NCBI GenBank assembly: GCA_951406725.2
Contig: OX597830.1
Span: forward strand, 40,920,001-40,984,000
Length of the DNA stretch: 64,000 nt
Reading direction: 5' to 3'
Source of the DNA: Octopus vulgaris
Lineage: Eukaryota
Position 1 is the stretch's first letter. Every line of letters starts with the position of its first letter. Positions 11,166 through 24,035 of the stretch are shown here, one piece after another. Below the pieces are notes generated by a model that worked only from the letters and a program-made list of their open reading frames with translations, made no database searches and was not told where the DNA came from. Position numbers and translations under genes: made by a program.

Positions 11166-11319
11166 CTGAGCTCTCTAAGATTTACTGTCTCCCAATAAGA
11201 ATGTCTTTGGTGTTCTTAGATGCTGTTTCAAGCAATCTTGTGCAGTAAATTTTAGCTTAACTCTAGATTATTGAATTTCTATCGATGTATTTCAGTTTCC
11301 TTTTCCTTTTGTTATTTTC

Positions 11320-11541
11320 ATCCTTTAGCATTCAGATTGCTTTGTCAAATGTAATATTTATTCATTTTGTTTTGAATTAGCCATGCATTATCTCATAGCT
11401 CCAAGATTTCAATGATGTGATTGTTTATCTTTAGAACAACATTGTAGGGTAGGTGTGAGAGGCTGGATCTTGTTGGTTCAAGCATAAAACAAGTAGAATA
11501 TTTGGGGTTGGATATGGCCAGTTTAAATGCTAAAGGATTAA
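11320..11541. mobile_element. piggyBac-like MITE (degenerate copy of 16130-16345)
   Basis: cctttagcattcagatt...tttaaatgctaaaggattaa. Confidence 0.7.
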
Positions 11542-11649
11542 AATAGTTAAGTGAGATTTGCTATTTCTGCCATTAGTTCTTATCTAGTCAACACGTTTAT
11601 ATTTCTGGCTGGGACAATTCTTACAAAACCTTAAATTGGTACTACTTTA

Positions 11650-12440
11650 GCATGTTGTCTACCACAGTATCCGTCATCCATGTTGTGAAATTACCTGATC
11701 TGGCTTATGGTTAGACTGCATGCAAAGGTGTAATTGACCGGGTATATTGCAAGCTAAATCAACACCATCAATTCTCTCAGCTCCCAGAAATACACATGGA
11801 ATGAATTTTGTATGAAAGTAGCCTATGATTTTAGAATCCTCGTCAAGTGGGATATTTCTCACACACTGCTTTATGGTAGATAAAAAAGAAATCTAGAGAA
11901 GCTATCAGGCTCATGGGAAAATTTGTTAGGGTACTAATCAGGGAGATACTACATATTGCAGCTGAGTGATGTATATTATCAGCTTCTCAAAAAGTCAGTC
12001 CTTGCAGAAATTGCACAGGTTCAAAGGGCTGTTGTTTAATTCTGGTTTGTATAGAGCTAAGTTGATGAGAGACAAATCTACTGTATTTCCCAACATAAAA
12101 GTTGATGTAGTATATAGTGTAAACATTCAAATATTGTTACTATCTTTCCAAATCCGGTTGGATTTCGCATGGAATTTTTTTGGTCTCCAAAGTTGTCTTG
12201 GTGTATAAGTTCATCTACCTCTTATGGCTGTAAATTTTGATCTGAAAAATTCAATTTGCATGTCAGAAAATATTCTATTTGTGATAAATTGTCAGTCTAT
12301 AGTAGGGAACATTTCTAGAAGTCCCAAAAGCTAGGTAAACTGAAGGGTAGGGACTTTATTTGGAAATAATGGGTTTGAATTTGTGAAATGTAAGTTGGAA
12401 TCATAATATATTGTCCAACTCTTGGCTATTTTCCCTTCTC
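11650..12440 (-). pseudogene. Possible Gypsy LTR-retrotransposon RT remnant, interrupted by a MITE
   Basis: Minus-strand IPLDEDSKIIGYFHTKF resembles the Gypsy RT motif QIPLDEESKxLTxFxTxFG. An upstream SLDF and a downstream MDD lie in the expected order. Heavily degraded. Confidence 0.45.
12079..12280. mobile_element. pogo/Tigger-like MITE (degenerate copy of 25207-25419)
   Basis: tactgtatttcccaacataaaagttgatgtagtatatagtgt aligns by eye with 25207 onward. Confidence 0.65.
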
Positions 12441-12852
12441 CAAGTTTCTTGCTGCATTTTTCTAAAAATAATAACGAATCATTTAATTTCATCATCATTA
12501 TTATTTACTATTTTCTATGCTGTCATGTGTTGAATTGTTTGATTGGAGATCCAGTGAATCCTAGGGCTGCATCATACTCCATGTCAACTTTGACACGGTT
12601 TCTATGGCTGGATACCCTTCCTAATGCCAACCACTTTATAAGGCAGACTGAGCACTTTTTTGGGGGGACCACCAGTACTTGTGGGGTTGCCAACTAAATT
12701 GCAATACAGGAAACAAGAAAAAGGAGAATGAAAAACCCCCTTAACTGAGTTGGGGGACGGGGTATATCTGAGTGATTGGAGAGGAGATTTTATGCCAGGG
12801 ACAAGTAAGAGTATCTTGCTACGAAGAAGATTCACGGCTGTTATGCATATAT

Positions 12853-13038
12853 GTGCCGGTGGCACGTAAAAAGCACCCACTACACTTGCGGGGTGGTTGG
12901 CGTTAGGAAGGTCATCCAGCTGTAGAAATACTGCCAGATCAGACTGGAGCCTGGTGCAGCCCCTGGCTTCCCAGACCCTGGTCGAACTGTCCAACCCGTG
13001 CTAGCGTGGAAAACGGACGTTAAACGATGATGATGATG
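12853..13038 (+). mobile_element. RTE LINE 3' UTR fragment or RTE-tailed SINE (family C)
   Basis: ggcacgtaaaaagcaccc...ccaacccgtgctagcgtggaaaacggacgttaaac(gat)n. This family is joined to RTE coding sequence at 37181-37691. Confidence 0.85.
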
Positions 13039-14189
13039 TGGATGGGGGTATTTAGGTAAAAAATGGTAAGATGTATTGATGGGCTGCCACACAAAGTCGT
13101 CAGGAAGCGAGAGAGGATACAGACAGTGGATCAGGAGTGGATAGAAACAGATGGTTAGTTATCGGGGAGGTAGAAGTAAATGTATTAAGCAATGAACTAG
13201 AGTGAAGGTGTGGCTTGGTGGGAAAGAACTTTATAAAAGTTCCAAATATCTCAGTAACTTTTACTCTGTAAAATACCGGTTTTATTTATTCCAAATGCTA
13301 TTCATTTTATTAAATGTTTCTTATTCTTTTTCTTTCTAATCAAGATGGTTATGATTCATAAAGCTTGTCACTAGTTTCCAATTACACTAATCAAATTTGG
13401 GCTAAAACTCTCTTTAGTTGGATATTTTTTTTTTATACCTTTGTCTAAGGAGAAAAATGAAATTACTTCTAGAATAATAGAAAGCAATATTTTTGCAATT
13501 CCCAAATTGTTTTAATTTGTCATAAAATAATGGTTTCTCTTTGACCAACCTCTACGGATGAGGAAAATTAAAAGTGAGGTATTCATATTTCATGCCAAAG
13601 GTATGAAGAACTCAAGTGAATGGCTTCAACTAGGAGTTTAAACCACAACCCAGTACTGAATGTGATTTTCTAGGAGCCTACCTCTTGCCCCTTGGTGTTC
13701 ATCAGTTTAACATAGAATAAAAATTCTGCCACTTTGATATGAAGTCACACACTTTGAAGAAGGGTGTAAGCAATTCACTTATGTTAATGAGATGACAAGG
13801 AATGGTGAGTAAAGTTATCTTTGGCAGGATATGAACTCAGAATGTACAAAACACATAGATATTGATTTCAAAGTTTGGCACAAGCCTGGCAATTTCATGG
13901 GAGGAGGGTATGGTGATTGCATCGACCCCAGTGCACAACTGGTACTTATTTTATTGACTCCAGCAGCATTTGAACTTAGAATGTAAAGTCAGAAGTAATG
14001 CTGCTAAACATTTTATTTGGCATGGTAATGATTCTGCTAGTTTGCTGCCTTACACATAAATAAATATTTAAAGGAATTTAGTGCAATAATATTTTGCCAT
14101 TTCTGCCATTCTGATTGGTCTTAATTTCTTTTGTAATCTGTAATACTGTTAATGAACCAGTGCAATGGTTGTAAGGTAAAGACTCTGGA

Positions 14190-14380
14190 CCAATTTTTAT
14201 CTAAATAAAATTATTCTAATGTTAACCCTTTAGCATTCAGATTACTCTGTCTAAAGTCACATTGCTTTCAAATTAATCACGTGTTATCTTGTAGCTTCAA
14301 GATTTCAATGATGTGATTGTTTATTTTTTAGAATGACATTGCAGGGTAGGTGTGAAAGGTAGGATCTAGTTGGTTTGAAA
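14190..14380 (+). repeat. Local duplicate of 16098-16288 (flank plus 5' part of the piggyBac-like MITE)
   Basis: Near-identical, including 32 bp upstream of the MITE TTAA. Confidence 0.85.
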
Positions 14381-14419
14381 TTTAAGTGAGTTCAAATGAT
14401 GACAAATTAAGACATTACT

Positions 14420-14800
14420 ATCATGGCTAAATGGTTAAGAAGTTCAATTTGTAACCATGTGGTTTTTGGTTCAGTCCCAGTGCATGGCACTTTGGGTAAG
14501 TGTCTTCTTCTATAGCTCTGGCCCAGCCCATGCCTCGTGAGTGAATTTGGTAGCTGGAAGCTGTGTGGAAGGCCATTGTGTATGTGTGCTTGTGACTGTT
14601 TGCTCCACCACCACTACTGCTTGATACCCAGTGTTGCTTTATTTACATTCCTATAACTTAGCAGTTCAGCCAAAGGGATCAGTGGACTAAGTACCAGGCT
14701 TTGAAAATAAGAACTGGGGTTGATTTATTTGACTCAAACTCTTCAAAGCAGTGCCCTACCATGGCCATAGTTCAATGACCAAAACATATTAAAGATAAAA
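14420..14800 (+). mobile_element. Family B SINE, degenerate
   Basis: ggttcagtccca...ttgggtaagtgtcttc...catggccatagttcaatgacc. Confidence 0.75.
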
Positions 14801-16129
14801 CAGTAATTGTGTTGTTTAGCTGCAAGACACTTCATTATCAAGAAGTCCTATGACCACCACGGTTAACATTATCTAATGTGCTCATCTATATTTAGATGAT
14901 AGGGGAGATTTTTCTGTTATTTATTTAAAGTTCATTGAACAGTTGTGTGGAGGCTTTCATGCCTTGCAGTCATTGTATCATACTGTTTGGGAAGGTTTGT
15001 GTGCGTCTCTCTTTTTGTCTTACCTGCCCACATGATAAAAACAGGTCATATTTGACCTTTGTGGTAGAAATGCCTTCAAACTTGTGAAAACTGGTTATTC
15101 TAATGTTATGGAAATTTTCAAATATGGGAAGACAAAAGAAGAAAAAATATTCCATTCCATTTCATTTCATGTTAGCAGGGGGGAAAAAAATGAGTGTAAA
15201 ATAATAGTAAGATAGAAATAAGGCACAGTAAAAGACAGAAAGACATCTGATACATGTTGTTGAAATCTGATATGGTGGTGTTGGTATTGTTGTTGCTGGT
15301 GGTGGTGGTCGTCATAGTAATATTGGTTGTGATGGTATTGATACAATGAACTCATTTTTTGAAAAAAGACCCCAGAGTTATGAGAAACTGTGATGTTCAT
15401 GCATTTTTTTTTTCTCAAGAATATTAGTGATGCAAATGAAGAAAAAAATGCCTGTGACCAAAAATATAAAAAACTGCCCCCTTTAGTTATCAACATGGTT
15501 TGCTGAAAACATTAGAATTCTTACCACTAACCCAGAAAAAAATAATAACTGGAACTGTTGCAATATAAGTCATTTCACAAGAACAAATTTTATATGCTGT
15601 GTTGCTTGGCAATTTTGAATATATTAAAAAGAGAAAAAAAATTTTTTATCACTACAAAGGACAAATTGGACTATCTGTGTTTTTCATGTTTCAGTGTCGC
15701 TCATTTTCAAAAGAATTATCTTGTTATTTCTATTTATTTATTGAATTGTCTCTTTTTTGCCAACTGCCATTATGCTTTGGACATGAAACATTTCTTTTCC
15801 TGATACTGTATCGTGAATTGCAACATAAAACGCTCCGTATTTTTATAGTTTTCAATGGAACTATTGTCATGCTGTTATTAATCTTATAGAGTTAGCTCAA
15901 ATGGTGGTGCACTGTCATGCTTTATAATATTTGATTTTTTTATCTTTTATATTCTGACTTCAAGCCCTACTGTGCTTGCTTTTGCTTTTTTATCTTTCCG
16001 GGTTGATAAAAAGCACCAGTAATACATTGGATCAATTCAATTGGCTGTGTTCCCATCCTTACAAAAATATGTCTCATACCTAAGTAAGCAACTAATTCCA
16101 ATTTTTATCTAAATAAAATTATTCTAATG

Positions 16130-16345
16130 TTAACCCTTTAGCATTCAGGTTACTCTGTCTAAAGTCACATTGCTTTCAAATTAATCACGTGTTATCTTGT
16201 AGCTTTGAGATTTCAATGATGTGATTGTTTATATTTTAGAATGACATTGCAGGGTAGGTGTGAAAGGTAGGATCTAGTTGGTTTGAAAATATATCAGGTG
16301 GAATATTTTGGTGGGATATGGCTAATTTAAATGCTAAACGGTTAA
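16130..16345. mobile_element. piggyBac-like MITE
   Basis: TTAA|CCCTTTAGCATT ... AATGCTAAACGG|TTAA: TIRs with TTAA at both ends. Further copies at 11320, 14222 and ~38517-38741. Confidence 0.85.
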
Positions 16346-17467
16346 ACAATTAACCAAGTACTAAAAGCTTTATATACACCAATGTATTTGAGTGTATATA
16401 TGTGTACTCACACAAACACATGTATAAAGCCTTGCGAGTGAATTTGGTAAACAAACTAGTAGAAGCCCATCATATGTGTGTATGTATGTATATATATATG
16501 ACAAGATAGGTATGTATATATTTATATACTTAGGTGTGTGTGTTTCTGTCTCCTTACCTCGATATCATATGATGGTTGTAAATGAGTTTCTGTTGTTTCC
16601 TGTCTTCCCTGGCTACAGGGAAATATTACTTTCATCTGGCCACAGGGGAATATTACTTACATGTGGCCACAGAAAAGCTGCTTCAGATAATTCCTGCTGA
16701 CCCACGCAAGCACGGAAAAGTGGACGTTCAAATAGTGATGATGATATATAGTTTAAGTTCAAGTAAATAAACATTTTACTTAAAACCTTTATTGTGTGAC
16801 AGATTTTCTTTCAATGTAGCAAACCCATGTAACATCAAGAGTTTTCTTGAGACCAAAGAAAGCAATTTGAATCTTGTCAAATTTAGTACAATTTATATTC
16901 TATTCAAATTTCTGTAGAAATAACCTTGGAAATATATATAAACTAGCGATTATATTCTCATTGAAAATTCTGTTGAAGATCTACAAAATGTCCCTAACCT
17001 GAAAAGTATGAACTTAAGTAAAAAAAGATTAAAAGTTAACATGGTAAAAAGCTTAGTTATTAGTAGCAGAGAACATAGAAACCCAATACTAAATAGGAAA
17101 TGGTTTTGCTCAAACAATTAGACATGACTTCAGTACTCTGTATTCACTGCAAGCAAAAGGCATACAATAAGTACAGTCGGATTTCTGAATTAATCTGGAT
17201 TTTAATTACATCAAGTACACAAGAGCATTTAACAGCTGGGAAACCCATAATATTCAAATAACTTGACTTGAAGAATTAAACAACTTTTCTATCGTGGTTA
17301 CATTATTTAGTGATGGAAGTGGTTGTAGTGAAATTATAGTAAACAAGAGAAAGACAATGGAGGGATGGAGGTGATATTTAAGGAAGTATTGGTTCTCTTG
17401 ACAAGGTGTTATATCTTAGTGGGAAGGACCTGGCTGTAGGAGGCATCCTTAATATTTGTGATGCTGT

Positions 17468-17681
17468 AAGACGGTGAGCTGGCAGGAATGTTAGCATGCC
17501 GGGCAAAATGCTTAGCAGTATTTCGTCTGCCGCTACTTTCTGAGTTCAGATTCTGCTGAGGTTGACTTTGCTTTTCAACCTTTCGGGGTTGTTAAATTAA
17601 GTACCAGTTGCATACTGGAATCAATCTAATCAACTGGCCCCCTCCCCCAAAATTTTGGGCCTTGTGCCTAGAATAGAAAAG
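17468..17681 (+). mobile_element. SINE family A with 17-bp TSD
   Basis: TSD aatatttgtgatgctgt at 17451-17467 and 17682-17698. Confidence 0.92.
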
Positions 17682-17869
17682 AATATTTGTGATGCTGTGT
17701 AGTTGTGAGATATGGGTCATTAAGTTCAAAAGATGTAAAGATTGACCGAAATGAGTTGACTGTGTTTTATTTCATGTGCAATGTTATAACTTGCATGAAA
17801 AGCTAAGTGAAGAGACTTTGGAAGAGTGGTTGGGTATTGAAGACAGCGAATATCATCATTGTCATCATC

Positions 17870-18100
17870 ATCATAATTTAATGTCTGTTTTCCATGCCAG
17901 CATGGATTAGATGGTTTGACAAGAGCTGGCAATCCAAAAGATTGTTCCAAGCTCAATTGTCTGGTTTGGCTTCGTTTCTACAACTGGATGCCCTTCCTAA
18001 CAACCAACCACCTGTTAGAGTGTACTGAGTGCTTTTTACATGATGCTAGCACCAACAAGGTCACCAAGTACCTTGCAAGACAAGACCCCTCCACTGAGGA
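17870..18100 (-). mobile_element. RTE 3' fragment (family C)
   Basis: tttaatgtctgttttccatgccagcatgg...ctggatgcccttcctaac. Confidence 0.75.
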
Positions 18101-18159
18101 TTGACTAGTTCTGAGGGAGGTGGTCTTGTGGTTTTGTGCCAAGTAATGAAAGATTAGAG

Positions 18160-18609
18160 CAGTGTTTCTCAACTGTTTTTCCACCTAACTCCAGTATTTT
18201 ACTCCAGTGGCCTCTCATAGTCATTTGATGTTTAAGAAAGCCTATTATATTTTTATAATTAAATATTGGTTTTAATTTTTGGTACAAGGCCAGCAATTTC
18301 AGGAGAGAGGAAAAGTTAAGTGCATCGACCCCAGTATTCAACTGGTACTTATTTTATTGACCCTGAAAGGATGAAAGGTAAAGTCTACCCTGGTGGAATT
18401 TGAACTCAGGATGTAAAAATGAATGAAATACCACTAAGCATTTTGTCTGATGTGCTAACGATTCAGCCAGTTCATCAACTGATTTTTATAATTAAATATT
18501 TGGAATTTTATTAAAAAAATATTTGTTAAAATATTTTGTGGGTTGTAGAAGTATAACCAATTAAATTTTGACCACAAAATCTTATATGGACCCTTGTTGA
18601 GAAGCAATG
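18160..18609. mobile_element. hAT MITE interrupted by a SINE
   Basis: TIRs cagtgtttctcaac / gttgagaagcaatg. Confidence 0.65.
18268..18481 (-). mobile_element. SINE family A with 19-bp TSD, nested in the hAT MITE
   Basis: TSD atttttataattaaatatt at 18249-18267 and 18482-18500. Confidence 0.88.
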
Positions 18610-18689
18610 TGATAAAGGGACAGACACAGGTGTCTTGCAATAGCAAAAATACATGCCTACTCTAATTTGAAGGAGAGAGAAAAGATGGT

Positions 18690-18830
18690 GGAGAAGAATG
18701 GGTCAGGATGTAGCCCCAGTGTGTGCAGAGCAATTATTGGCTGTACTGGTATGGACACCTAATATAAATGGATGATATTTAGTGGGTAGAAAAAGTGACA
18801 TGAGCTTATGGTGTACAGTACCCATAGCAG
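18690..18830 (+). pseudogene. RTE LINE ORF2 C-terminal remnant
   Basis: LYWYGHLI*MDDI*WVEK resembles RTE LRWYGHVMRMDEDSWVKK. Confidence 0.6.
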
Positions 18831-19250
18831 AATTATTAGATGCTGACAGTCATAATTCAGAAATGCAGTAGTGATTAATGGCCTGGTTGCATTGGTTTAC
18901 TGTCGGTACAGTAACAGGTTGTACTGGACATATTATAAATGGTAAACCTGCAGATCAATTCATAAAATTAATGTCTTATATTTTTAACTATCACTGCATA
19001 ATTTATTTCTAATTGATTTTTTTTAATGTTCTCTACATTAAATATGGTAACAGTAAATTTACTATTTTGTTTTATTAATTTTTTTTTTCTTTTTATCCCT
19101 ATGCAGATGATGTTCTTCTGTAATTTCTCTCTGATTTATTCTCTGAAACATGCTAATTTTTACACTTACTTGTGTATAATAATAATAATAATAATTTATA
19201 TTTACATGATTCACTCCTCATTACTTTTACAAATATGTTGAAGCCTATGC

Positions 19251-19289
19251 TTTGCTGAGGAGCACTAATAAATTGAAAACATGTCCAGA
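19251..19289 (+). ncRNA. Degenerate hammerhead motif
   Basis: UUUG-CUGAGGA-(stem II eroded)-GAAA-(A)CAUG-UC-CAGA. ACAUGU palindrome, GUC site. Confidence 0.5.
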
Positions 19290-22200
19290 ATTATCTCCCA
19301 TACTCGGTGTAGTAATTCAAATAATACTAATCACTGACTAATATTGTATTTTCTTCACTGCATAATTATCTCCAATTTAAAAAAAAAAAAAATATTCTCA
19401 CTGCATTAAGTATGGCAATACTAAGTTGCCAAGCAGTATGATATCATTTATATTAATAAATAATAACTATGTTAAGCATAACACTAAATCTGACAAAGCT
19501 CTGCTGTCTAAATTCCTTTCATATTGCTTGTATTTCATAATAATAGCACTGAGACTCATTGTCGCTGTTGATGGTTTTACTCTACCTTTAATGGATATGA
19601 AATAGTAGAAACATTTGTATTTAGTGGCAAATGTGTAATTTAACTTTCGGTATATTTATTCATTGAATTGTATATGTTCTCAAAAGCCTTTTGTTTCCAT
19701 GCAAAATATACACCTAGCATACATCATCATCATCATTGTTGTTTAATCCCAGGTTGGCCTTATTAAGCAAACCAATGATTAAAAGCGTTCCTGCTGTGAT
19801 CATCTTGACTTTTTCCAATATGCAAGGATTTATTAGAATTTGGCTGCTATTTCTAGCTTGTGGCACGGTCATGTAGAGGATTCTTTGTTGACTTGTAGCA
19901 TATGTTCAGGATCTAGAGTGGTAAATGCTGTATTCTGGGTATGATGAACCTCTCAAGATACATTATCAATTAATACCTGCCTTCCATACTGGCATGTGTT
20001 GGACAGTGTGACAGGTGTTGGCAAACCAAAAGACTGTGTCAGGGCTTGCTGTCTGTTTTTGGTGTGGTTTCTATGGCTGGAAGCCCTTCCTAATGCCACC
20101 TGCTTTACAGAGTGTACTGGGTGCTTTTTGTGTGGCACTAGCAGCAGTGAGGTGACCAAATAACTTGCAAGAGAAAACCCTCAACTGTGGGAGGTAGCTT
20201 TGTGCTACGTGAGAAGTTAGAATATGAATAGAGACTGGGACATGTTTTACAATAGTGGAGACCATGAAAAGAAAATTTTTAAGAAACAAATGTTTTTGTC
20301 ATCAAATTTAATTTGTCTCTACTGTTTTTAAAAGAACTTTGTAGAATTAGATATCCAATAATTGGTGTGATAAATGGTCAAGAATTAGTGAATTTGTTAG
20401 GGTGCCAAAGCTAAGTTTGTCTAATGTCTCAGTGACTTTTGACCAAATACTTGTTAACTAGCGGTATAGCTAGAGTGTGTGTCACCAGGGTCCCTTGAAT
20501 TTGGTCCCCACTTCCTTCTTGCCCCTGCACAGGCTTATACAATAGATTAAAAAATGCTCTACACATAAAAGGGTTACCTGGGATAGAGCACCCCTATTGC
20601 CCCTGATAGCAGTGTTACTGTAGGAATCCATTTGTTACTATATTTCTGTTGGAATATACACTGCCTTTTTTTTAATCAGTTTTAAAAATACAAAAGAATT
20701 TAGTAAATTGATTTTGTTTTTTTAAGATGGTGTTTAGAACATAAATTGATATGAAATTTGGATGAAATATTCTAATTTAGAACTCTTTAAAACAGAAAGT
20801 TTGTCTCATAACATTTTGAGATTGGTTGGAATCAGAAAAGGTTAAATTAGCCGTTCTGAATGCTTTAGAAGAATAACTTTTTACTAATAGAGTGAATTAC
20901 TTGCTTTCGAATGTTGTCGGAATTATTATCGATTCTATTGCTCCTGCTGCAATTTTCCATAATTGAACAGATTTGCTCCTTTTTTATGAGGTTAGAAACT
21001 CAATGGTGAAATGGGTTTTGGCACTGAAGAAGCTAAGGTCTATTCAACATTGATTTATTATCACTGTTATTGATACATGGCTTTCTGATATATGTTGTGA
21101 CTTTATGTAGTTAACTCCAAATTTGCATAATAAATATTGTTTCTTATCTATCTATAAGTGTGTAGAATAGGGGGAAGCTTGAAAGAGTGGGGGAGAGAGA
21201 GAGAGAGAGAGAGTGAGTGTTAATCTTTAATTTTAATGTTTCACATCATTGGCATATTGTATTTGTGTGTGGTATGTGTAGGTATGTAAGTATGGTGAGT
21301 ACATGCGTGCTTGACATTTGATGTTTATTTGATAGATTTTTCACTGCAAATGATTGAAGAAAGTAATTACTCTACTCTGTTCCCATATGAGCATTAATAA
21401 CCCTCATTTGAATTGACTCATTTTAGTTTGGTTTTATGATTTTCTAAATAATTATTTTTCTTCCTAGTTTGAGATTTCTTTGTATTCTGTACCTAGACAG
21501 TAACTGATTCTCTTCCTGCCTTATTATTTGTTTGTCTGTTTGTCTCTCTCCCTCTCTCTTTCTCTCTCATAAGCATAAAACATTCTCAGTGAAGATAGAT
21601 GTACAGAAAAGCCTGGAGAAGAATGTTCGTTTAAGTTGCATAGATTTATGCTATGCATTTAATGAATAACCCAAGCACAGGTTTTCTGTAGGGATGACAG
21701 AAAATACAGTGAGTTGATGAAACTTTGCGAAAAAAGTAGATGGTAGGCAATGTGCCTTCCTGTAATGATAGGTGTAAGAGGAATTGTTGGAACCAGGGTT
21801 CAATGCTGAGGGAGTCTTGGACTAGCTGTGAAGGAGAGAAAAGAGGTTGCCTGAAAATTGTTAAGAAGCTGCTGAGAAAGCAAGCCATTGCATCTGGCTC
21901 AAAGGAGAGGATGAGTGGTGCAACATGAATGAGCATTAAGGAGGGTAGGAACATCTGGCCTAGAGTTACATCATCTGACTCAACAAAGCTCATGCTGTTG
22001 TGTGGAAATTTTGTTACCTACTTCAGTGAGTGGCCTTGGTGTTGTGGTGGGAGGAGCCAAAAGACCAACAGAGTTGCTTCACTGCCTGATAAGACATCAA
22101 CTCCTATATTTGAAGATGGAATGCAACAGCTCCTTCAGCAAGTGCTTACCCTAAAACATATGATCCTTCAAATGATGAAAAGCTGGTGGCATACTGATGG

Positions 22201-22565
22201 ACCATATGCTGGTAAATTCAGACCTTACTGCTGCCATTGAGTTACATCTCAAAACATCATATACATCTACTTGTGTCACTTTACTTAATTGACAACTTGA
22301 TACCAAGTTTTTATTTTCATGAATTAATAATTAGCATGAAGTTAGAGTATCCTGCTGTAAAAAGCTCTTGCTTGTAACTATATTCAAAGTCTCTAAATTT
22401 GCAAAGTCTATTGGAATTGACAAAATTTTTAGTGAGGGTTCAATGCTGTAAAGCTGATGGAATTTCAAGAAAAAAAAAGCAATTAGTTATCCAAATGGCT
22501 GGAAATAGATTGTTAAAAGAATTATAAATAATATCTATTTGCATCATCTAAATTTGGCCACATAA

Positions 22566-22623
<58 letters not shown>

Positions 22624-22639
22624 GTTTTGTAATAATAAT

Positions 22640-22900
22640 GGCCAGTGGCATGTAAAATGCATCATTCAAGTGTGACCAATGCTAGTGTCGCCTGACTGGC
22701 TCCTGTGCTAGTGGCATGTAAAAGTACACAGTACACTCTCGGAGTGGTTGGCATTAGGAAGGGCATCCAGCTGTAGAAACTTTGGCAAATCAGACTGGAG
22801 CCTGGTGCAGTCTCCCGGTTTGCCAGTTCTTAGTCAAACCTTCCAACCCATGCCAGCATGGAAAGCGGACGTTAAACTACGACGATGCTGATGATGACGA
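22640..22900 (+). mobile_element. RTE 3' fragment (family C) following (TAA)n
   Basis: Tandem gtggcatgtaaaa units and a (GAT)n-like tail. Confidence 0.8.
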
Positions 22901-22904
22901 ATAA

Positions 22905-23290
22905 TGGTTTCAAATTTTGACACAAGGCTGATTGTTTCGGGGTTAAGTTGATTACATCGACCTCAGTGATAAGTTGGTTCCAATTTTATTAACCCTGAGA
23001 GGACAAAAGGCAGGATTTGAACTCAGAATACGAAGATGGATAGAATGCTGCTAATCATTTTGTCTGGTGTGCTAATAATTCTGCCAGCTTGCCACCTTTA
23101 TAATAATAATAATAATAATAATAATAATCCTTTCTATCAAAGACACAAAGCCAGAAATATTGGGGGAGGGGGCATGTTAATTACATCAATCCCAGTGCTT
23201 AACTGGTACTTAATTAAGCACTGAGTCAATTTAATCAACCTGTCTCCTCCTCTAAAATTTCAAGTTTTGTGTTCATAACAGAAAGGATTA
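22905..23290 (-). mobile_element. Cluster of degenerate family A SINE fragments (mostly minus strand)
   Basis: ggatttgaactcagaa...aattctgccagcttgccacc. Confidence 0.7.
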
Positions 23291-23994
23291 TTATTATTAT
23301 TATGAAGGTGGCAAGCTGGACAAAATGCTTAGTAAGCATTTTGTCTTGTCTTTTATAGTTTCTTACTTGGGCACAAGGCAAGCAAATATTGAAGGAATTG
23401 GTCGATGCAGTCGACCCCAGTACTAGACTGGCAACCAAAAATGGACCAATGGCAAAGTCAGCCTTGGCAGGATTTGAGCTCAGACTATAAAGAGCAGGAA
23501 GTAACACTGCAAGGCATTTTGACCAATTCTTTAACAATTCTGCTGATAATAATAATGATAAGAATAATGATAATAACAACAGCAGCAATATTTGGAATGT
23601 TGAAATGCTTGTAAAGTTGATTTGATGTGGCCCTTTCTAGTGGATGCCTAAAGTGTTCAACAATGATTGCATAAGATTTTCTTGTAACTCTGGTGTTGCT
23701 TTATGTGTTTGATGATGATGGTGTTGATGATGATGATTATGATGATGATTATGATGATGGTGATGGTGATGATGAAAATAACAGTAATAGTAAAAGTAAC
23801 AGTTTAAATTAGATTATTCATCAATCAGGCTGTATGGTTGGGATGAGGAGAGTTAAGGTTGTTTCACTCAAGAATGTTATATCTCGTCAATCAAATTTTA
23901 TTGGCATCCATTATCTCTACTATGAGGTGTCTACTTCTTTCTCTTACACTTGATTTTGTTTGTGTATGTGAGTTCATATTTGTGTGTGTGTGTG

Positions 23995-24035
<41 letters not shown>

